Below, in pieces: positions 1 through 12,520 of a stretch of DNA of 64,000 bases. Position numbers and translations under genes: made by a program. Each line of letters opens with the position of its first letter. Position 1 is the stretch's first letter. Origin of the DNA: Octopus vulgaris (taxonomy: Eukaryota); contig OX597814.1 of NCBI GenBank assembly GCA_951406725.2, forward strand, positions 6,324,001 through 6,388,000. Reading direction: 5' to 3'. Under the pieces are notes generated by a model, which saw nothing but the letters and a program-made list of their open reading frames with translations, was not told the origin of the DNA and did no database searches.

Positions 1-1494
1 AGAATATACAGAGAATAACCTGTTGTTCTGTGAGGATAATTAATTAAAGACTAGGTCTATCTTCAAAAGAAAATATAAATGCATTTGATAATGTTTACCC
101 CAGGCAGATTACATTTAACATAAAGTTCTTGTTTAAAATATACTGCCCTCCACTATTTTTGATGTTTGCTCTGGCCCATGGAGCCATGGAACCATCATGG
201 CTTACAACAAAGTACACAGTCTTCTTTATCCTGCATCACACTCTGCCCTTCAATCTCACCACTTACTTCCCAGTCTTAAAAACATCAAATAAGAACTATT
301 GTTTACGAGTACAATATGAAATCTTTCAAACTCATATCAAATTTCAGTTTGCAGATAAAAACTGTTTTATGATAATATCTGAAATATATTTTCATTCAAA
401 ATTACTTTCCATAAACTTGGTTTTCTTTGAAAAAGAGAAAAAAAAAAAGTGGGGGGAAAAAAAGGGGGGGGGGGAAATGGCTCATAAATATGCTTAAATA
501 CACTGAATTTTTAAGTGGTGGTCACAAGGATGTTAGAGCACAATGCCAAGATTAGTTGATCAATATTGCAATGAGGATTTAATTAATTGACATTTTCATT
601 CCTATTTGAAGAGTTATTCTGAAGTCTTCTTCAGATATTGGTTCCTTACATCCTCCAAACTTTGTTGTGATATTTCTCTCTGTTAGGTTAGCAATTCTGA
701 AGATTGTGGAAGTGTTGCACACAACAAAATGAAAAAAAAGACAATTTAAAGATTTGAAAAGCTTTTCAAAAACATCAATGACACCCACAAATAGAAAATT
801 AATTAAAATAGATGTTAGAAACTACTCCATAAATAGAAAAAAAACAGAACCGACTGAGCTGTCTATAAACTTGTATAAGTTGTCACAGAACGTATCTGTT
901 GCATAAAAGGTTAGCCTGGAGTTCATTTTCCTTACCATTTATCCACTACATTCAGTAAAAAGTGGGGGTGGGGAGAAAGAGAGAGAAAGAGGAAGTCTGG
1001 ACATGGCTGTAGATATTAAGTACAGTTAGATTAAAATTTATTATTTAATCAGATAACTAATTAAATCATTTTAGATTATTTGTTTTGCTTTCAACAACAC
1101 AAAAAAAAAAAAGTAAAAAAAGAAAGAGATCTACTATAGAAACAATGATATTTTTTGGTAGTTTTTATCATTTCTGGCACAAAACTTGATGGAAAGACAG
1201 TTCTTGACATTGAATTGAAAGCAGAAACAACAACTTGGTTAGGTTTGCAGAACTGGAAAAAAATTTAAGAACTTAATTATTATGGTTATACAAATTAAAT
1301 TTCTAAAATGTGAAATCAAGTTGGAAATAGCCAACCTAATTACGTTTGGAATTATTGAGAAGAAATAGTCGAGATTGAAAGGGTTTGAAGCTTTTCTTTA
1401 GTCAAGTGTTGATCAAAGAATATGCCAAACATTGAAATACAACTTGGTCAAAACAAGAAACTTAAATTAAAAATGACTTTCTCCATTAAGCACA

Positions 1495-2097
1495 AGACAT
1501 TTGCTTCCCAACCACCTGCTTTTTTTCAGTTCAATCCCTAAAGCATAGCCCATAGGGAAAATTCCCTCTACTATGTTTCTGGCTGACCAAAAGCTTGTGG
1601 CTGGATTGGGTAGAAAGTATGCCTGTCATGTGTGTATGTATGTATGTGTGTGCGTGTATCTTTATTCAGTCTTGGACTCATTGAGGTAAAGACCTACACA
1701 ATTTGAGGCTTGTTCAAGAGATTGTAAAAGAGACTGGGCATTGGAGAGAGAATCACTGATAAGGGCGACAGGACCTCCGCAATGCTATGATGGACCGTGA
1801 AGTCTGGCGTAACATAGTAAATTCCATTGTCTCAACCACAGTTGAACAATGATGATGATGATGATGCAGCTTTATATCTCTTTGTCTTCATATTGCATGA
1901 TGGGATAGTTTGAAATGATCCTCATCATTATACAAGCAGTGTCATTCTTTGCTAATATTCTGCAAAAACATGTCTAGTGGGGGATATTGTTTTGCTTGGA
2001 ACCAGGTGAGGGTTGGTAACAGGAAGAGCATCCGTCTGTAGGAAATCTGTCTTGATAATCTCCGAGTGACCCAGGCAAGCAGGGAAAGGTGGATATG
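1495..2097 (+). mobile_element. Old tRNA-head SINE (family A head + RTE-like tail), interrupted by an RTEX-like 3' fragment
   Basis: Degenerate match to the family A head (ttcagttcaatccc...ctgaccaaaagcttgtg...gattgggtaga), then (TG)n, a body, and the tail gggttggtaacaggaagagcatcc...gacccaggcaagca. The same body occurs at 6262, 24278, 29855 and 40125. Confidence 0.6.
1765..1866 (+). mobile_element. RTEX-like LINE 3' end fragment
   Basis: Translates as QDLRNAMMDREVWRNIVNSIVSTTVEQ* followed by (TGA)n. Near-identical to the minus-strand copy at 62778-62960. Confidence 0.7.
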
Positions 2098-2213
2098 CTG
2101 CTGTTGGTGAGGTTCACTTTCCTCTTGCCTCCGTAGGTTCTACATTTGTCATGGCAATATCATCATTTAGATTGAAATATCAATATTTTGTCTAACACAG
2201 TAAAACGGAATTT

Positions 2214-2331
2214 ATTTCATATTTTTATTCTCGTAAAATTTTCGTTGCATCTTGCAACTTTTTCAATAGGCTTAACTATCGAAAAGGTTGCAAGACACAA
2301 CAAAAATTTTAGGAGAATAAAAATATGAAAT
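2214..2331. repeat. Long imperfect palindrome (fold-back/MITE-like)
   Basis: atttcatatttttattctc...ttgcaactttttcaatag / gcttaa / ctatcgaaaaggttgcaa...gagaataaaaatatgaaat; arms about 56 bp. Confidence 0.85.
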
Positions 2332-3449
2332 GAGTGGTAATTTTACCAGTGAGTGTGTTACATTATAAGGCACAAAAAGAAAATGACTCTCTCCAGATAC
2401 AACAGAATATGCTTTAACACACGAACTGATATAAAGAATCTTGCAAACCAAATCCAAAAACGAAATAAAGAAAAACTGAAGAATTGCAAATAAAATTGGT
2501 AAAACACCAGGCTGAATTACCGTGCAGCTCTGTCCACAGCAAGTTCAGAATAAAGGCATCTGGAAGTTATGTCTTTCCAATAAATTTAAACAAAAACTTG
2601 GTGAAAGACTTAGCACCTGGATTTCACATATTTCTTTTGATATCTTCAACAAAATTAAGCAACTGCGAAAGAATTCTGTTGTTGCTAAAGATCATTTGAC
2701 TTGTGTAACAATGCAATAAACATAGCTGTTCTGAAAACTTCAATGATTATAAGTTACACCAACTTTACAAGACTGGAGACATATGAATAAATATTCCCCC
2801 CCCCACCAAATCTTTAAAACATTTAAGCACAAGGTTAATTAAAATAGAACACAGATGAAAACCTTCAGAATCACATCTTCTAAATTTAACAAATTACATG
2901 CTTCCTCCATGACATATCTAAGATCAATAATTATTGATTTCAACCCTTGGCACAAAGCCACACATGACTGGCTTGTTTTATAAACCCTACACAGATGAAA
3001 AGCAAAGTTACACAAAATACAAGCAGACCAGATACTATATAATGGTGCTACCATCCAACAATCTACTAGAATCAATAATAATGAAATTAGTGTACTTCAA
3101 GATACACGGAACGGAGTCTTTGGAAGAAAAAAAAAATGCAGCAAATTGGCAAGATAGGTTAAGAGCCAAAAGTTTGTTACCCTTCAATTGAAAACTAGCA
3201 TAAGATCTTGTACATGTATTTAGGGTTTGTTACAACCTTGAACTTCTACCATAAATTAATTCTGCTCCACTCCCCCCTCTCTCTATTTTCAAATCTCTCC
3301 TCTCCTCTGAATGGAGTAGCCATGTACCTTCTCTACAGCAAGACACTGGTCCTGTCCTTCTATCATAATTTAATTTCTTATCACCTGGCATAAAGCGACC
3401 TCCTTCAAGATTACTCATCCTTTCAGGGAAGTGATACTGAGGGATGTTT

Positions 3450-3677
3450 GTCTTGCAAGTGAATTGGTGACCTCACTGGTGCTGGAGCCACATAAAAATT
3501 GCCCATTACCCTCTGTAAAGTGGTTGGTGCTAGGAAGGGCATCCAATTGTAGAAACCATGTCAAAGTATAAGGCAGAGCTTGCCGCACTCCTTTAGTTTG
3601 TCAGTTCCTGTCAAACTGACCAACCCATGCCAGCATGGAAAACGGATGTTAAGTAAAGATAATAATGATGATGATGA
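3450..3677 (+). mobile_element. RTE 3'-end copy (older subfamily)
   Basis: aagtggttggtgctaggaagggcatcc...aacccatgccagcatggaaaacggatgttaa followed by a (GAT)n tail. Confidence 0.75.
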
Positions 3678-3926
3678 AGTTATGGACAACTGAGCTAAAA
3701 GGACAGTGCTTCACTTCATACATCACGGCCCCTTCCTGTTTCATAATATATAGTCGGTTGTCCAGGCTTTTCCTCTGAATTGGTTCCTTCCCGCAATATC
3801 TGCTCAGTCTCTGCTGTTTCATTAACAAAGCATAGATTTATGACAATCATCAAGTCCAGCCAATAACATATCAATGTTAAATTCTTAAACCGGTTGCAGT
3901 ATTTTGGTTTTCTGAGCTTCCACAAC

Positions 3927-4133
3927 AATGACAGTGGCAAGTGATGACAGGGTAAGAGATGACAGAGCAAGTGATAACAAAGCAAGTGATGACAGGGCAA
4001 GTGATGACAGAGCAAGTGATGACAGTGGCAAGTGATGACAGAGCAAGTGATGACAGGGCAAGTGATGATGTAGGGAAGAGATGACAGGACAAGTGATGAC
4101 AGAGCAAGTGATGACAGGGCAAGAAATGACATG
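3927..4133. repeat. 15-bp minisatellite GCAAGTGATGACAGR, about 13 copies
   Basis: The tandem units are directly visible and produce the SSLAL/VITCS pentapeptide pseudo-ORFs. Confidence 0.9.
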
Positions 4134-4788
4134 TACCTTGCTGGTTGCTACAGTAGTGGTGGAAATGACAGAGGCCAAGGGCCACCTGTAAACGACTGCC
4201 AACCAGAACGAGTCAAGTGGCCCCTTTCTAGATAGGGTCTAGGATGTCTGCATGTGTAACAGCTGCACTATCCCAGATATGGCAGATATAGCTCCATTGT
4301 GAGCTGTGCCAAAGTTTTGGAAGGGGTCTACAACTGCTGAAGGACAAAGTATGTTCTGACCCTGAAGGGAAGGACCAGTCATCATGTCTAAGATCTTATG
4401 GTAAGGGAGTCAAGTATTTCGAAGTAATATTCTGGGTTTTAGTTGCATGCTGCTCATGACTATGGGGATGTGGGGCTATGATGTTTTTTTGATGATGAAA
4501 GAGACGAGACTGGTCCCATGGGAGGAAACTTTCAAGAATGGAGACAGTTTCATAAACGAATGTCAAGATATTAATCAATAAAGACAAAATAAATGTAAAG
4601 TCAGGGAACTGGCAACCATTTGGAAATATGGATTAAACCATTGTTAAATGCACCACCAGCTGTTTCAACGCCATATGAAGGGAGGCATAATTAGCTCTGA
4701 AGAAAATGTTCTGCATTATAATTATAATTAGGTAGCTGGGGTGTCATCTTATTTGAAGATATTTGTTAATATTACTATCATGATGATG

Positions 4789-5070
4789 ATCATCATCATT
4801 ATCATCATTTAGCATCCGTTGTCCATGCTGCCATGGGTTGGATGGTTTGACCAGGGCTGGCAAGCTGGAAGGCTGCACTAGACCCCAGTCTGATCTGGCA
4901 TGGTTTCTACAGCTGGATGCCCTTCCTAATGCCAACCACTTCAATAGTGTAATGAGTGCTTTCATGTGCCACTGGCACAGGTGCCATTTGTGTGACACCA
5001 GTATCTGCTATAACTGTCATTTTACTTGGCTTCATGGATCTTCTCAAACACAACATAATGCCAAAAAGGT
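4789..5070 (-). mobile_element. RTE 3'-end copy
   Basis: (CAT)n + tttagcatccgttgtccatgctgccatgggttgg...ggatgcccttcctaatgccaaccac. Confidence 0.85.
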
Positions 5071-6261
5071 CTCAGTAATTGCTTCCATATATGCATAACT
5101 ATACATATAGGTTAGGGCTAAATGGATGGCACCCGTGTCTGCCAGTGATGCCAATAGTTCAGTAAACCAATGTGTTTACTTCTATACAGTCTTGGTCAGT
5201 CATTTTCCCCTGGTGGCATGGTACTGTCGCTTAACATCGCATTTACAAATCGTTTGACATAGTCTTTAAGCTGACATCAAAGCGTAGCAGTTTAGTAGGA
5301 AATACAAATGTTTAGGTTAGAAATTTATCAATGGTTTCACTGCCTCATCCTTTTGAATGGATGCACCATCAGTGTCTGTTGACATGGATTCACTGGCAAT
5401 GTATTAAACACTTGTAAACAGAGAAGAAACCAGAAATACCCTGACAAGAAGTGCAGATAAACTAGTGTGCGCGTGTGTACACGCACACATGTATGCAAGC
5501 ATATAAGCACACACATGTACACATCCATTAAGAAAGAACATATGTTGCTCAAATGAATGGATGAATGGTGAGTGCCACACAGCTGGTAACTATAACAACA
5601 TAGTGATATAAATATATGAATGATATAGAAAGGTAAACACAATATCTTAATATATTCACAATGCTTAGTGTAAATATCAGAGAGAGAGGGGGAGAGAGGG
5701 AGGTGGATGTGTGTCATTGTGGAATTCCTATTAATATGCAATTAACGGTAGTGGTTATTTCAATGAAGATATTCTGCTGCTGGTATTGGAAACAAAACTA
5801 TCCAGAGACTTCCTCCCCACCCCCCAATAAAAAAAAGATCTATCCAGAGTCCAACAAGAAAATATGGTTTTCTTTCTCTGGCTGGAATCCACAGCCACAG
5901 ACTAAGTATTCTGACATTGACACATACAGGTTCCTTCATTGTGCTTTATCCAAAGTTCTTCAAAACTGTTCACAGCTTTTATTTGTTGTCTATAAAAACG
6001 ATTCTCTTTATCAAACAAATACAGCTTCTGTCTCAATTTCTTTGGTTATTTTCCTATGAATCCCCTAATCGAAGACCTTACTTGGCACCATGTCAACACC
6101 ACAAACTCACAGACGTATTGGCTGACTGCTTCCTTAAAAGCTTCTCCAATGACTGATGTAACCATCATCCAGGGAACCCCTTTCTCTTAATCTGTTTAAC
6201 ACATCCATCTCCGTTTTATCATCACTCCCAACTGTAAACGCAACACTGTGTCTACGTATCA

Positions 6262-6500
6262 CCATCATTTGAATGTTTGCCTGGGCCAGCTGGAGTTTAT
6301 TGATGTGGATTTTGTATGTCAGGAAGACCTCCTTCCTATTGCCAACTCTTTATCTGTTTCCAAGCAAAGTAATATTTCCCCCCAGACATGTTTTCCACCC
6401 AAGACTGGAAACAAACAACCTCACTTGCATGAGGGTGATGTTCCTTTACAGCCATCACATCAAGTCAAATCGATAATGAGTGTGTGTGTGTGTGTGTATT
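6262..6500 (-). mobile_element. Old SINE 3' half (RTE-like tail)
   Basis: Similar in reverse to 1880-2097 and to 24278-24510. Confidence 0.55.
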
Positions 6501-6622
6501 CATAGACACACTGTCTCTCTGTGTATCTTCTAGATCTGTAGAACTGTATTCTTCAGTTGCAGATATCATAGCCATGACCATGCTGTAGCACTAACTGTTT
6601 ATATACGATGTGTGTACACATA

Positions 6623-6876
6623 CATCATCATCATCATTACCATCATCGTTTAATGTCCGCTTTCCATGCTGGCATGAGTTGGATGATTTAACTGAGGACT
6701 GGCAAGCCAGGCGGCTGCACCAGGCTCCAATCTGATTTGGCAGAGTTTCTACAGCTGGATGCCCTTCCTAACGCCAACCACTCTGAGAGTGTAGTGGGTG
6801 CCTTTTATGTGCCAAAGGCATGAGGGCCAGTTGGGCAGAACTGGCAATGGCCACGCTCAAATGGTGGTTTTTAACG
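6623..6876 (-). mobile_element. RTE 3'-end copy
   Basis: (CAT)n + cgtttaatgtccgctttccatgctggcatg...ctggatgcccttcctaacgccaaccac. Confidence 0.9.
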
Positions 6877-7595
6877 TTTCCCCATGAACACAGAAATATA
6901 ATATATATAAGCATACACACACACACACAGTGTGTGTGTATATCAACAGAACATATTTGCAGTGATTAATGTGAACACAGGATAAAGGTATTTTGGTCAC
7001 AATCAGAGAGGGAGGCATCATTTCTTTTCCACTGACAGATTGAAAAATCAAATAATCCTCATGTCTTTGAAATAATGGAACTTTGGCAAATTGAATCATT
7101 GTGCCACAAGCTGAACATTTAATTAGAGTGTGGTTAATTGAAACAACTTTCTTCTCTTCTCTGCCATTCCATCTCATTATTTTTACCTTTCATAGAATTT
7201 ATGAATCATTCAAACAATCACAAAACGTTCACACAACAACTTGTTACATTTGTTTCTTTACCTGCCAACCCCAACCCCCACCAGCTGTGATAAAGATAGC
7301 AGAGTACAGAGGAAAACGTGTGTGTGTGTGTGTGTGTGTGCAGGAGACACTATGTAATTATAAACCTAAGCGATTTTGCACAACAATCCAGTCTCCTTAG
7401 TTGGCTGCACTGAAACCACTTGAATGGTAGAATAATGTCTAAAGAAGCACAACGCGAATGAGAGTGGAGCAGAGAGAATGGGCTTCATTGCAGATGCCAT
7501 CGAAACTATGTTAAGTGTGAGAAACAACAGCAGACACAGTTCTTGATGCTGTTTGGAAGATATCTGCTCCAACAGGTAGTACTGCACATAAAAAT

Positions 7596-8149
7596 ATACA
7601 CACACACATATATATATATTTATATATATATATACACATATACATATATATATATATACACATATACATACATATATATATACACATATACATATATATA
7701 TATACATATACATATATATATATACATATACATATATATATATACATATATACACATATACATATATATATATACATATATACACATATACATATATATA
7801 TATACATATATACACATATACATATATATATATACACATATACATATATATATATACACATATACACATATACATATATATATATACACATATACATATA
7901 TATATATACACATATATATATATACACATATATATATACACATATATATATACACATATATATATACACATATATATATACACATATATATATATATATA
8001 TACACATATACATATATATATACATATATATACACATATATATATATATACACATATACATATATATATACACATATATATATATACACATATATATATA
8101 TATACACACATATATATATATATATACACACATATATATATATACATAC

Positions 8150-8234
<85 letters not shown>

Positions 8235-8308
8235 CACACACAATATATATATATATATATATATAACCCATGCTAGCATGGAAAACGGATGCTAAACGAT
8301 GATGATGA

Positions 8309-8346
<38 letters not shown>

Positions 8347-8446
8347 TATATATACATACATACACATATGTAAACATATATATATATATATATACACATA
8401 TACATATATATACACACACACATATATATAAACATGTGTATATATA
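7596..8446. repeat. Large compound (TA)n/(CA)n microsatellite with an embedded RTE tail (8266-8312)
   Basis: Directly visible; source of the YIYI/HIHI pseudo-ORFs. Confidence 0.95.
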
Positions 8447-8982
8447 TCGTCATTGTTTAACATCTGTTTTCCATGCTAGCATGGGTTGATCGGTTTGACC
8501 GGGGTCTGGGAAGCCAGGAGGCTGTACCAAATTCCAGTCTGATCTGGCAATGTTCCTACGGCTGGATGCCCTTCCTAATGCCAACCACTCCATGAGTGTA
8601 GTGGGTGCTTTTTACGTGCCACCGGCATGGAAGCCAGTCAAGGCGGCGCTGGCATTGGCCAAATTTGGCTGATGCTTTTTACATGCCACTGGCATGGGTA
8701 TCATCATCATCATCATCATCAACGTTTAGCGTCTGTTTTCCATGCTAGCATAGTGGCATGTAAAAAGCATCAGCCAAATATGGCCAATGCCAGCGCCGCC
8801 TTGACTAGCTTCCATGCCGGTGGCACGTAAAAAGCACCCACTACACTCATGGAGTAGTTGGCATTAGGAAGGGCACCCAGCTGTAGAAACACTACCAGAT
8901 CAGACTGGCTCCTGGCTTCCCAGACCCCGGTCAAACCGTTCAACCCATGCTAGCATGGAAAACAGATGTTAAACAATGACGA
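8447..8982. mobile_element. Head-to-head inverted pair of RTE 3' ends (8447-8698 minus, 8752-8982 plus) with a tail fragment between
   Basis: The arms are reverse complements and share variants (aagcatcagccaaat; acagatgttaaacaatgacgat). Confidence 0.9.
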
Positions 8983-9132
8983 TATATATATATATATACA
9001 CATGTATATATGTGTGTGTCTGTATATATATGTATGTGTGTATATATATATATGTTTACATACTACAATTTCCATTTGATTTTCATTTTGATGTACTTGA
9101 CTCAATAGGTCACCTTAAGCACAGCAGGTCGC

Positions 9133-9183
<51 letters not shown>

Positions 9184-9218
9184 TCAGGGTGAGTACTTGA
9201 TAATATATATATTATCTA

Positions 9219-9257
<39 letters not shown>

Positions 9258-9259
<2 letters not shown>

Positions 9260-11508
9260 TCATCATCATCATCGTTTAACGTCCGCTTTCCATGCTAGCA
9301 TGGGTTGGATGAATGACTGAGGGCTGGCAGACCAGATGGCTGCACCAGGCATCAGTCTTGATCTGGCAGAGTTTCTACAGCTGGATGCCCTTCCTAATGC
9401 CAACCACTCCGGGAGTGTAGTGGGTGCGTTTACGTGCCACCAGCACAGGGCCAGTCAGGCAGTACTGGCAACGACCTCACTCGAATCTATTAACACATGC
9501 CACCGGCACGGAGGCCAGATAGCCGCTCTGGCAACGATCATGATTGGATGGTGCTCTTAATATCCTACTAGCACGGGGCTCGAGTGCCAGTAAGGCGACG
9601 CTGGTAGCGATCACGCTTGAATGGTGCCTTTTAAGTGCCACTGGCACGGAAGCCGGTTAGCCGCTCTGTCAATGATCACACTCGTATGGTACTCTTTGCA
9701 CCCTGCTAGCACGTACGCCAGTCATTAAATTTGATTTTGATTTCACTTGCCTCAACAGGACTTCACAAGCAGAGTTTTAGTGTCCAAAGAAGGGAAAAGT
9801 ACACATAAGTGGGCTGGTAACGCCCCTGGCATAGGCCATGAGATTATGGTCTCATTTGGCTTGCCAGGTCTTCTCACGCACGGCATATTTCCAAAAGTCT
9901 CGGTCACTAGTCATTTCCTCTGTGAGGCCCAAAGTTCGAAGGTCGTGCTTCACCACTTCATCCCAGGTCTTCCTGGGTCTACCTCTTCCACAGGTTTCCT
10001 CAACCGCTAGGGTGTGGCACTTTTTCACGCAGCTATCCTCATTCATTCTCGCTACATGACCATACCAGCGTAGTCGTCTCTCTTGCACACCACATCTAAT
10101 GCTTCTTAGGTCCAACTTTTCTCTCAAGGTACTTACACTCTGTCGAGTATGAACACTGACATTACACATCCAGCAGAGCATACTGGCTTCATTCCTTGTG
10201 AGCTTACACATATCCTCAGCAGTCACAAACCTCATTTCACTGCTGTGTAGCATGGCTGTTTGTATCAAGCGTCATACAGTCTACCTTTTACTCTGAGTGA
10301 GAGGCCCTTTGTTACCAGCAGAGATAAGAGCTCTCTGAACTTTGCCCAAGCTATTCTTATTCTAGCAGCTACACTTTCAGAGCACCCTCCTCCACTACTG
10401 CCATGCTCACCTAGGTAATGGAAGCTATCAACTACTTCTAGTTTTTCTCCCTGGAATGTGGCGGAAGTTGTTCTCTGCACATTTTCAGTGTTATTTATTG
10501 CTCCTGAGCATCTGCCACATACAAAAACTATCTTCCTAGTTAGCCTTCCTTTGATATTTCTGCACCTCTTACGTGTCCATAGCTTACACTGGGTACATCT
10601 TATAGAGTTTCTACCTATGCCTCTACTACAGATCAAACAGTGCCATCTACCTGAAGGGATTTGTGGTTTGCCTGCCTTCCTACTGATTAGGACTTTGGTT
10701 TTAGCTAGGTTGACTCTAAGGCCCTTCAATTCTAATCCTTGTTTCCACACTTGAAACTTTTCCTCAAGTTCTGATAGTGACTCAGCAATTAGAGCAAGGT
10801 CATTAGCATAGAGAAGCTCCCAGGGGCATCCTGTCTTGAATTCCTCCGTTATTGCCTGGAGGACTATGATAAATAGGAGGGGACTGAGGACTGAACCTTG
10901 GTGGACCCCAACCTCTACCCTGAATTCTTCACTGTACTCGGTGCCAACCCTCACCTTACTGACAGCATCCCTGTACATGGCTTGCACGGATCTCACTAAC
11001 CATTCATCTATCTCTAGTTTGCTCAATGACCATCAGATAAGGGATCGGGGGACCCTGTCAAAGGCTTTCTCCATGTCAACGAAAGCCAGGTACAGGGGCT
11101 TATCTTTGGCTAGGTGTTTCTCCTGCAGCTGTTTTACCAGAAATATGGCATCAGTGGTGCTTTTCCCTGGCACGAAACCAAACTGCATCTCATCTAAACT
11201 AACTCTTTCCCTAATTAGTTGGGCTATGACCCTTTCCGTGCCCTTCATTACCTAATCCAACAACTTGATACCTCTGTAATTATTTGTATCTAAAACATCA
11301 TCTTTACCTTTGTAGCAGTTGACTATAGTGTTGCTACACCAGTCATTGGGTATGACTCCTTCGTGTATCACCTGGTTAACTATACGGGTGACTAGGCTAT
11401 AACCGACACTGCCAGATATTTTGAGCATCTCTGCAGTAATTCCTGATGGGCCTGGGGCTTTCCCTGTCTTCATACTTCTAATTGCCTTATCTACCAAGGT
11501 ACTGTCAA
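9258..11508 (-). mobile_element. 5'-truncated, decayed RTE-clade LINE (RT + C-terminus + 3'UTR + (GAT)n tail)
   Basis: ORF pieces carry KAPGPSG, NYRGIKLL, QFGFVPGKST, AFVDMEKAFDRV, GVHQGSVLSPLLF, YAND (decayed YADD), FHYLG and RLRWYGHV..GRGRPRKTW. They are broken by stops and a frameshift. The 3'UTR spans 9258-9851. Confidence 0.95.
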
Positions 11509-11509
11509 C

Positions 11510-11554
<45 letters not shown>

Positions 11555-11717
11555 CTATACACACACATATATATAAGTTAAAACCCTCATTAAGGGATAA
11601 TTAAATCCAATAAATATACTGGTTTATTACGCATAGCAAGAAGCATTGCATAATTACAATTAATATTCAACAGCAAGGGAACTTGATAAACCAGGGTGTA
11701 CTTATATTTTTAAGAAA

Positions 11718-11781
11718 ATAAGAAAAGTGAGATAATTAAATTAATTAATAATTGTTAATTTAATTATCTCTATTTTCTTAT
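11718..11781. repeat. AT-rich hairpin
   Basis: taagaaaa gt gagataattaaattaa ... ttaatttaattatctc ta ttttctta. Confidence 0.75.
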
Positions 11782-11796
11782 ATATATATATATATA

Positions 11797-12081
11797 TCAT
11801 CATTTAACAACCATTGTCCATGCTGGCAAGCTGCACCCAACTCCATTCTGTTTTGGTATGGTTGCTAAAGCTGGATGCCCTTCCTAATGCCAACCACTCC
11901 AAGAGTGTAGTGGGTGCTTTTACGAGCCACCAGCGCAGGTGCCATTTAGGATGGACATCCAGCCGTGGAGACAATGGCAAATCAGACCGGAGTCTGGTGC
12001 AGCCTTCCAGCTGACCAGCACTTGTCAAACCGTCCAAACCATGCTAGCATGGACAACGGATGTTAAATGATGATGATGATG
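11797..12081. mobile_element. Head-to-head pair of RTE 3' ends
   Basis: A (CAT)-tailed minus copy (11797-11945) abuts a plus copy (11946-12081) ending in (GAT)n. Confidence 0.85.
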
Positions 12082-12124
12082 TATGTATAAACACACACAC
12101 ACACACACACATATATATAATATG

Positions 12125-12520
12125 AGAGGTATTGGTATCCAGAAGACTCCAAAGGCAAGTAAGGCTATGTAAATGCTACAGAAGGACTGCTGAAATAACA
12201 AAATATGAACTGCTATTGGAATTTACATACCAAGGACAAGAAGACACTTGACCCGTTCTACACAGCAGATTCATTGGATAATGGAACACCAACTTTAACA
12301 TCCAACATATATTTTTATTCTCGTATTTCCCTTTAGACTTCCACCATTTCTCCCTTTCTTATGTAGTAAACTCTACTATTTCCTTCTGTTTCCTTCTATC
12401 TCCGTCTCTGATGATGGGATATCTTCTAAATCCCTGAACCCAGCTGTAAGACTATCTTTCTCTTTATAAATGTCCTAGAAATATCACACTGCCTTGGCCT
12501 TATTATATCATTTTATTTAA
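12125..12520 (+). mobile_element. Penelope-like element 3' remnant with a hammerhead-like motif (12404-12452)
   Basis: GTCT-CTGATGA-T-GGGAT..ATCCC-T-GAACC-CAGCTG-TA-AGAC. The upstream decayed sequence only weakly resembles the end of a GIY-YIG domain. Confidence 0.5.

Noticed and set aside
7366-8463. Long ORFs (up to 365 aa) rich in Y/I/V/H/T
   Set aside because: Translations of the (TA)/(CA) microsatellite; the same applies to 23163-23909 and 46943-47431.
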